IMG/VR virus record: IMGVR_UViG_3300012352_000416
Location: 1-29,132 of that record
Origin: a virus
Taxonomy: Duplodnaviria > Caudoviricetes
Reading direction: 5' to 3' (one strand)
DNA: 29,132 bases
The position numbers were made by a program, and so were the translations under genes. Positions 23,071 to 29,132 of the stretch are shown here, piece after piece; position 1 is the stretch's first letter; each line of letters begins with the position of its first letter. Below the pieces are notes generated by a model. The model did no database searches. It was given only the letters and a program-made list of their open reading frames with translations, and was not told the DNA's origin.

Positions 23071-26000
23071 ATGTCTACTCTTCTCAGCCTATACACCTCT
23101 AAAATATTAAGCGAGCATCCGCTAGCAGTCTGGGCACTCGAAGACAAGGCAGATTACGTATCATTACTTGATCAGCAAGGTAGAGACATTTCGCTATGGT
23201 CAACAGATTCTAGTTCTGTTGTTGTCGAGGAGGCTTCTTCGCCAACTGGGCCTATTGTTGGAGAAACTGTTTATTCTATTACTGACACTCCATCATCCTC
23301 CGAGTCAGCTGTAACATTCAGGCTTTCTGGCGATGCCATAGGATCTATAGCTGCCCTAGACTCTAGCCTGGGAACATTCTCGGTATCGTCATCCATATAT
23401 GTGCCAGTTGGCTCTGTTCTGTCGATAACTATTGGAATTTCGTATAACGATCAGACCTATGGACCGTATGATATATCTAAAAAGGTATCTAGGCTGATTA
23501 ACGATAAGTGGATGCTTATGTCAGAAACTTTCGACATTCCACAAGGACTATCAGAAGACTACGGTATGTTTATTGAAGTGGAATATATGCCTACTTCATC
23601 TTTGGACCCTGTGACGGTATTTGTATCTGGATCAATGATTGGGCAGTGGTCAGAAGAATTTTTTTCAAGCTCAATGGGGGTAGTTCCAGAGTTTCTTTCA
23701 GATAATATACATGGAATTTCAAGCACCACAAAAGGCATTAGAGTCCTAGGATCTCTAGAGTCCACAGAGGATGGATATATAGTTGCCAATGACGCAAGGC
23801 TTTTTGCTAGAAACTTTGGAATGCCACTTGTCTATGGATCAGAGTCATCGACCACGGTATATCCAAATACAGACATGCCATCAATGTTGATACCAGGGCT
23901 GGGATTCCTTAACAAGTCTGGTCAGAATAAGAACTATAGCCTGGAGTTCTGGATGAGACTCAATGCCTCGACTGGCGTAGAGAGAAGAATTATTGGTCCA
24001 GTAGCTTCTACAGATGGCATATATGTAGATGGACCGTTTTTAAAAATAAAAATTGGCGGCCACACCAAGTCACACTTTGTTGGCGAATGGGCACGACCTA
24101 TGCTTGTTCATGTGGTTGTTGCAGACCAAGAAATCTCTATGTTGGTAAACGGAGAATCCGTTGCAAAGATATCTGTAGATAGGTCTACTCTGGATTTTCC
24201 AGAAGAGTTTATTGAGGGCAATCAGGCAGACTGGATAGGTATCTACTCTTATTCTGATACCACCCCATTTGAAATAAGCTCAATATCAATGTATTCCTAT
24301 TTAGTCTCGGACGTAATTGCTAAGCGTAGATGGGTTTATGGTCAGGCAGTGGATAATCCAGAAGCCCTAAATACGGCATTTGGCGGAACCAACATATACT
24401 TTGACTATGAGTTCTCCAAATACTCTAATGGCTACAGCTACCCTAAGACTGGAAGTTGGTCAGATGGGACAAGCAACAATATGGAGATATCTCGCACAAG
24501 ACTTTCTACACCACAGTATAGTCCACCAATTATTATTTCAGAGACCAGCACAGCATCAGAAATACTTGCTGACAACCTAGAGCAGCAAGACGAAGACCAC
24601 ACTTTTATCGAGTTGCCAGCAGACTCCTGCCTTTATTTTGAAAGCCTAAACCCACTGAAAAGCAAGCTCGAGGTCGTTTCTGGAGTATTTAAGTCAACAT
24701 CCGATAGCTTTGATAAGCAGACTCTGATGGTTTTAAAGGACGTGACATCTGGAAATTACATTGAAGTTGCCATAACACCAGACTCAATAGAGTACTCCTT
24801 TGTCTTTTACGGTCAGACCACGACTTTCGCTACCACAGACTACCCTGGATCTGGAGAGATGTTTTCTGTAGTGCTCTCCTTTGATGAGATTGCATCTTAC
24901 TTTGGTAATGACCTCTCTGGATTTTTATCTAATAAAGACTCTCTAGAGCTATTTGTTGGAGGTGCTTCTGGAAAAGAAAGCTTTTCTGGCAGAATATATG
25001 ATGTGTCGTTTCTTAATGAATTTGCAAAGCAGAAGCTTTCTCACCATGTTGCACTAAATGGTTTGCTAGTTCAGCTTTCGTCAGAAGATCAGCCACTGAT
25101 TACTGAGCTAATCAATAGTCAGTACGCAAGCTACTCACTAAGGATGCTAGAAAAAGCAGATACTATCAGCCTAGACGTATTCGTTAGTGGATCCTGGACA
25201 TCGTCGCTGCCTATGTCATATTTTGGTAAGTATGTTACGGACTCAAGGGGCAATAAGGCATATGACTTAGACTTTTTGCAGTTCAATGTGGGGTATCCAT
25301 CACCTGGAAGCTTCATACGTGTGACAGAAAGAGACGAGTCTTGGACTTATCAAGATCTCAACCTTAAGTACTCTCGTCCAACTCAAAAGAGGTATAGCGA
25401 CCTAGATAATGGACTATACACGGGATATGTTGACTACACAGACTTGCAGTATAACTCTAGGCAGACTTATAGGTATGATACCTCTAGCTCTCTAATTAGA
25501 ACATATGTCTATTTCAAGGATGTCTCCTCTGGGATGGGCAATTCTGACAACTACTACTCAGAAACAATTGCCCCACCTCAAAACGGTATCGTTTCTCCAG
25601 GACCAGAGTGGATAAACACTAAGTACGAGGTCGTCGATGATATGATCATCTATCCGCCAACGGGATCAGACTTTTCAAAAATGGAAATTTTTATAGAGGT
25701 TGTGGCAAGAGTTGACGGAACGTCTGATAAGCCAATAGCTATAGACAAGCTTCAGCTAGCCTCTGTATCACTTAATGATTCATACGGCACCCCAATTGGC
25801 ACTAAGTTTGGAACAGACGTCTTTCCTTTTACAAAAAATGGAGTTTACTACGACTTTAAGACAAAAAACCCTTTCAGCATCTACAAGGGAAGCACACCAT
25901 ACCTGTACCTGAGCAAGAACAGTGGAATCAGAGTTCGAGGGGACTTCTCTACACGTGGCAGTCGTGGAATTGAGATTCCAGTAAATATAGAAAAGTCCTC

Positions 26001-26646
26001 TAACTATAGAATGATTGCTCTTCAGTTTTTTGCAAAGTTTGATGAAGACTTCTTCCCCTACTCGCCCACAGAAATTTTAGAGATTCAGTCACCATCCACT
26101 CACCTGAAAATCTTCATGGAGGCAGCACATCCAGAAGGAAAAAGGGCTAGAATATATGCAGTAAATGCTAAAACTGGCCAGGTAGAGAACGGTATAGGCT
26201 TTTACATAAACGGAAAAATAGCCAAAGATGCCATACTTACAGTTAAGCAGTGGGCATCGATTGGTATTGGTTTTGCAAGCTTTATAGACTTCTCTGTGCT
26301 TGGTGGTGCAGTTCGCATAACTGGTCCACTAACAATGACAAATATTTCATACTACAATGCAGTCAACCTTCAGCAAATACAAAATACTTCAGCCAGGCCA
26401 TGGCTAAAGGTTAAGCAGGATGGTCTGCTAGAGATAGACTGGCAATATTGGGAGGGGCAGTTCAAGTGGTTCGAGGTTCTTGTGCTATCATCATCAGACT
26501 TCTACGGAGTTGATCCATCTGTAATATACAAAACATATGCAGGAACGTCTCGAGTAGGAATAGACGATAAAACTATTTTACGTGCTGGTCGTTACAGATA
26601 TCGCATGTTAACTGAAGCAAAGACGGATCTGTTTGTAATCAATTAA
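23071..26646 (+). CDS. Large virion structural protein with LamG/ConA-like domain (1191 aa)
   Basis: I....P.A.W.L.D N-terminus; YSLEFWMR and H.VV.......LVNG LamG-like motifs; lies between fibre and head genes. Confidence 0.7.
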   Translation: MSTLLSLYTSKILSEHPLAVWALEDKADYVSLLDQQGRDISLWSTDSSSVVVEEASSPTGPIVGETVYSITDTPSSSESAVTFRLSGDAIGSIAALDSSLGTFSVSSSIYVPVGSVLSITIGISYNDQTYGPYDISKKVSRLINDKWMLMSETFDIPQGLSEDYGMFIEVEYMPTSSLDPVTVFVSGSMIGQWSEEFFSSSMGVVPEFLSDNIHGISSTTKGIRVLGSLESTEDGYIVANDARLFARNFGMPLVYGSESSTTVYPNTDMPSMLIPGLGFLNKSGQNKNYSLEFWMRLNASTGVERRIIGPVASTDGIYVDGPFLKIKIGGHTKSHFVGEWARPMLVHVVVADQEISMLVNGESVAKISVDRSTLDFPEEFIEGNQADWIGIYSYSDTTPFEISSISMYSYLVSDVIAKRRWVYGQAVDNPEALNTAFGGTNIYFDYEFSKYSNGYSYPKTGSWSDGTSNNMEISRTRLSTPQYSPPIIISETSTASEILADNLEQQDEDHTFIELPADSCLYFESLNPLKSKLEVVSGVFKSTSDSFDKQTLMVLKDVTSGNYIEVAITPDSIEYSFVFYGQTTTFATTDYPGSGEMFSVVLSFDEIASYFGNDLSGFLSNKDSLELFVGGASGKESFSGRIYDVSFLNEFAKQKLSHHVALNGLLVQLSSEDQPLITELINSQYASYSLRMLEKADTISLDVFVSGSWTSSLPMSYFGKYVTDSRGNKAYDLDFLQFNVGYPSPGSFIRVTERDESWTYQDLNLKYSRPTQKRYSDLDNGLYTGYVDYTDLQYNSRQTYRYDTSSSLIRTYVYFKDVSSGMGNSDNYYSETIAPPQNGIVSPGPEWINTKYEVVDDMIIYPPTGSDFSKMEIFIEVVARVDGTSDKPIAIDKLQLASVSLNDSYGTPIGTKFGTDVFPFTKNGVYYDFKTKNPFSIYKGSTPYLYLSKNSGIRVRGDFSTRGSRGIEIPVNIEKSSNYRMIALQFFAKFDEDFFPYSPTEILEIQSPSTHLKIFMEAAHPEGKRARIYAVNAKTGQVENGIGFYINGKIAKDAILTVKQWASIGIGFASFIDFSVLGGAVRITGPLTMTNISYYNAVNLQQIQNTSARPWLKVKQDGLLEIDWQYWEGQFKWFEVLVLSSSDFYGVDPSVIYKTYAGTSRVGIDDKTILRAGRYRYRMLTEAKTDLFVIN

Positions 26647-26670
26647 GTATAATATGGTATACTAGTGGTT

Positions 26671-27045
26671 ATGAATGCTGAAAAATTTAAAGCTCCTGGT
26701 CAAGTCGGGGAATCAAAAATATCTATTGTTGACAAAGGATATGACTGGGGAATTTACTTCTGGAAGAAGGCCAACGGCAAGCCTTTTACAGATGGAAACG
26801 GTAGTGTCTTGAACATACCGTCTCATAGGGGTGACGCAATTCAGATTCATAAATTACAACAAGAGGCCACAGCACTAGGTCAGGGTGACGGGTCCTATGA
26901 ATTCATGCCAGGTGTGGCAAGAATATCTGAAGATGAGTACGCAGAGCAAAAGGAGCGTATGAGTCAGGGTCTGATCCCCAATCTAAATGACCTTGGAGCG
27001 GTAATGGCTGCAAAGCAAACTCTAGCAATGTATGGGGAAGAATAG
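26671..27045 (+). CDS. Conserved-looking hypothetical protein upstream of portal (124 aa)
   Basis: Start moved to ATG 26671, 7 nt after TGG-TATACT. Confidence 0.8.
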   Translation: MNAEKFKAPGQVGESKISIVDKGYDWGIYFWKKANGKPFTDGNGSVLNIPSHRGDAIQIHKLQQEATALGQGDGSYEFMPGVARISEDEYAEQKERMSQGLIPNLNDLGAVMAAKQTLAMYGEE

Positions 27046-27048
27046 AAC

Positions 27049-28692
27049 ATGTCTAATAACGATTACTACATAAGAGATATCGGCCTACCAGAATTTGAAA
27101 AAGATGCTGACCTATTTAAGGACCAAGACCCATTCCTTAAGCAATGGGGAGATCTAAAAGAGCTAAGCGGCATAGAGAAAAACTTTAAGCGTAGATCAGA
27201 CAGAATTGAAAAGGCAGACTATGCCATTGACACAACAGTCGGATACAACAACGTAGACATTAACGACATTGGCTACCAAGACAGTGCTTTAGCAATTAAC
27301 CGTGGTATTAATGGTGCAACATCAAAGGAAATTAACCCAGGTAGAGTATACCGAAATGGTTACGGTATTTTCGATGTTATAACACCACCATGGAACTTGT
27401 ACGAACTAGCAAACTACTATGACACATCATTCGCTAATCACGCAGCAATTGACGCTAAAGTAGAAAATATTGTTGGATTAGGGCATGACTTTCTTGCAAC
27501 AAAGCGTACAGAGATGGCCCTCGAGGGCTCAACAAACTCATCAGCTACAGAGAAGGCCCGTAAGCGTATCGAAAGAGCGAAGTACGAGCTGCACGACTGG
27601 CTAGAGTCACTGAACGACGACGATTCCTTTACCAATACCCTAATGAAGTTTTACACTGATGTCCAGGCAACTGGTAACGGCTACCTAGAAATCGGAAGAA
27701 CCGTAACTGGAGAGATTGGTTACGTTGGCCACATTCCTGCAACCACAATGCGTGTACGCAGATTGAAAGACGGATATATCCAGATCATCGGAAACAAGGT
27801 TGTTTACTTCCGCAACTTCGGGGCAAAGAACCAGAATCCGATAACCAATGACCCACGTCCAAACGAGATTATCCACTACAAGGAATATTCTCCACTAAAT
27901 ACTTTCTATGGTGTTCCAGACATTATGTCTGCAATATCATCGCTTCATGGAGATGCTCTGGCATCACAGTACAACATAGATTACTTCACCAACAAGGGTG
28001 TTCCACGCTACATCGTTACCCTGAAGGGTGCAAAGCTTTCTGAGGAAGCAGAGGACAAGATGTTCCGATTCCTACAGACAAGCCTTAAGGGGTCTAATCA
28101 CAGAACCCTGTACATACCACTTCCTGGAGACTCAGACACCAACAAGGTAGAGTTTAAGATGGAAGCTGTAGAGAACGGCACACAAGAGGCCTCATTCAAC
28201 GAATACCGAATTAGAAACCGTGACGACATTCTGGTTGCTCACCAGGTTCCCCTATCCAAGATTGGTGGCGGAGACTCTTCTGCTATCGCTGCAGCATTGG
28301 CTCAGGATAGAACATTCAAGGAGCAGGTTGCAAGACCTGCACAGCGTAACCTAGAAAAGGCAATTAACAAGATCATTAAGGAGAAGACAGATCTCCTAGA
28401 GTTTAAGCTCAACGAGCTGACCCTGACTGATGAAATTGCCCAATCTCAGATTATCGAGAGATATGTTAAGAACCAGGTTATCACTAAGAATGAGGCTAGA
28501 ATTCAACTTGGCTTGCCTCAGCATGCAGAGGGTGACGAGTTCTTGGATCTATCTCCAAGACAGGCAACAGATGCAAGAGCTAACATGGCAGGCAACCGTG
28601 CAAGAGATTCAGAAAGAGCAAATAACTCTTCTGACAACACTGCTACAATTTCTGGCAGAAATGCTCAGGGAGAGGGCCGCTCCTCACAATAA
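27049..28692 (+). CDS. Phage portal protein (PBSX/HK97-like family)
   Basis: GNGYLEI.R...G......HIP...MR; EIIH.K......YG.P; YF.N...P; I..AH.VP...G; NE.R..LGLP...GD. Confidence 0.93.
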   Translation: MSNNDYYIRDIGLPEFEKDADLFKDQDPFLKQWGDLKELSGIEKNFKRRSDRIEKADYAIDTTVGYNNVDINDIGYQDSALAINRGINGATSKEINPGRVYRNGYGIFDVITPPWNLYELANYYDTSFANHAAIDAKVENIVGLGHDFLATKRTEMALEGSTNSSATEKARKRIERAKYELHDWLESLNDDDSFTNTLMKFYTDVQATGNGYLEIGRTVTGEIGYVGHIPATTMRVRRLKDGYIQIIGNKVVYFRNFGAKNQNPITNDPRPNEIIHYKEYSPLNTFYGVPDIMSAISSLHGDALASQYNIDYFTNKGVPRYIVTLKGAKLSEEAEDKMFRFLQTSLKGSNHRTLYIPLPGDSDTNKVEFKMEAVENGTQEASFNEYRIRNRDDILVAHQVPLSKIGGGDSSAIAAALAQDRTFKEQVARPAQRNLEKAINKIIKEKTDLLEFKLNELTLTDEIAQSQIIERYVKNQVITKNEARIQLGLPQHAEGDEFLDLSPRQATDARANMAGNRARDSERANNSSDNTATISGRNAQGEGRSSQ

Positions 28693-28700
28693 AAAAGTTA

Positions 28701-28728
28701 TTAACAAGGTTATCCACATTTAATAACA
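28701..28728. promoter_or_regulatory. Perfect DnaA box flanked by TAACA half-sites, upstream of the protease promoter
   Basis: TTATCCACA at 28710-28718; TTAACA at 28701 and ATAACA at 28723; TATAAT at 28747. Confidence 0.5.
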
Positions 28729-28761
28729 TTTTTTAGAAAAAGGGGGTATAATTAAACTACC

Positions 28762-29132
28762 ATGACTATCGCTAAAGCACATTGGGATTCAGAGGGTGAA
28801 AATGTTCGCCTATCTATGCCCTTCAGTAAAGTAGACAAAGAACGTCGCATCGTTTCTGGATTTGCTACACTTGACAACGTTGATCGCCAGAAGGACATCG
28901 TCACTTCTGAAGCGTCAGTAAAGGCCTTCTCAAAGTTCCGTGGGAACATCCGAGAAATGCACCAACCACTAGCTGTTGGTAAGATGGTAGCTTTCAAGGA
29001 AGACAAGTACTTCGACCCAGAGTCGAAGAAGTTTTACTCTGGAGTATATGTTTCTGCATATGTTTCCAAGGGTGCACAGGACACCTGGGAGAAGGTACTT
29101 GATGGTACCCTTTCAGGTTTTTCAATTGGCGG
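28762..29132 (+). CDS. Prohead maturation protease (HK97/XkdF-like), truncated by window end
   Basis: Translated by hand: RIVSGFA....VD.Q.DIV...IREMHQ...G...W.KV.DG.LSGFSIG; follows portal. Confidence 0.9.
   Translation, partial: MTIAKAHWDSEGENVRLSMPFSKVDKERRIVSGFATLDNVDRQKDIVTSEASVKAFSKFRGNIREMHQPLAVGKMVAFKEDKYFDPESKKFYSGVYVSAYVSKGAQDTWEKVLDGTLSGFSIG

Noticed and set aside
7303-29006. Antisense and alternate-frame ORFs inside long genes (e.g. 7303, 8440, 9556, 15181, 21630, 27438, 28752)
   Set aside because: Shadow ORFs of recognisable plus-strand genes, with no independent signals
1-29132. tRNA/rRNA genes, integrase or transposase, inteins, stop-codon recoding
   Set aside because: No cloverleaf or recognisable motifs seen by eye; genes are intact in the standard code and use TAA, TAG and TGA as stops

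Overview
Fragment of a tailed dsDNA phage genome, most likely infecting an actinobacterium. The host call is inferred from a PASTA domain, an NlpC/P60 hydrolase, leaderless genes and actinobacterial-type promoter motifs. Positions 1-5900 are an accessory/early region of about 20 very small genes that diverge from a control hub at about 5110-5390. This region is divided by six repeated GC-palindrome modules. It is rich in motifs resembling host regulator sites: ten TGTC-N12-TAnnnT (PafBC-type) promoters, tandem DnaA boxes, MtrA-like 11-bp direct repeats and WhiA-like GACAC boxes. It also carries two covarying 3'-UTR RNA pseudoknots. Positions 6000-8450 hold small Cys-rich and membrane genes, a PrmC/HemK-like methyltransferase, a holin-like gene and a candidate hairpin sRNA. 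Positions 8480-26646 are a long virion/tail-appendage module (BppU-like paralogues, collagen-like and Mtd-N fibre proteins, FN3 and PASTA tip proteins). Two unrelated proteins in it end in the same repeated F-[GS]-V-F-[GS]-F tail, and one is followed directly by two 2OG-Fe(II) oxygenases. The window ends with the portal and the start of the prohead protease. All product names come from reading motifs by eye; no database search was run.
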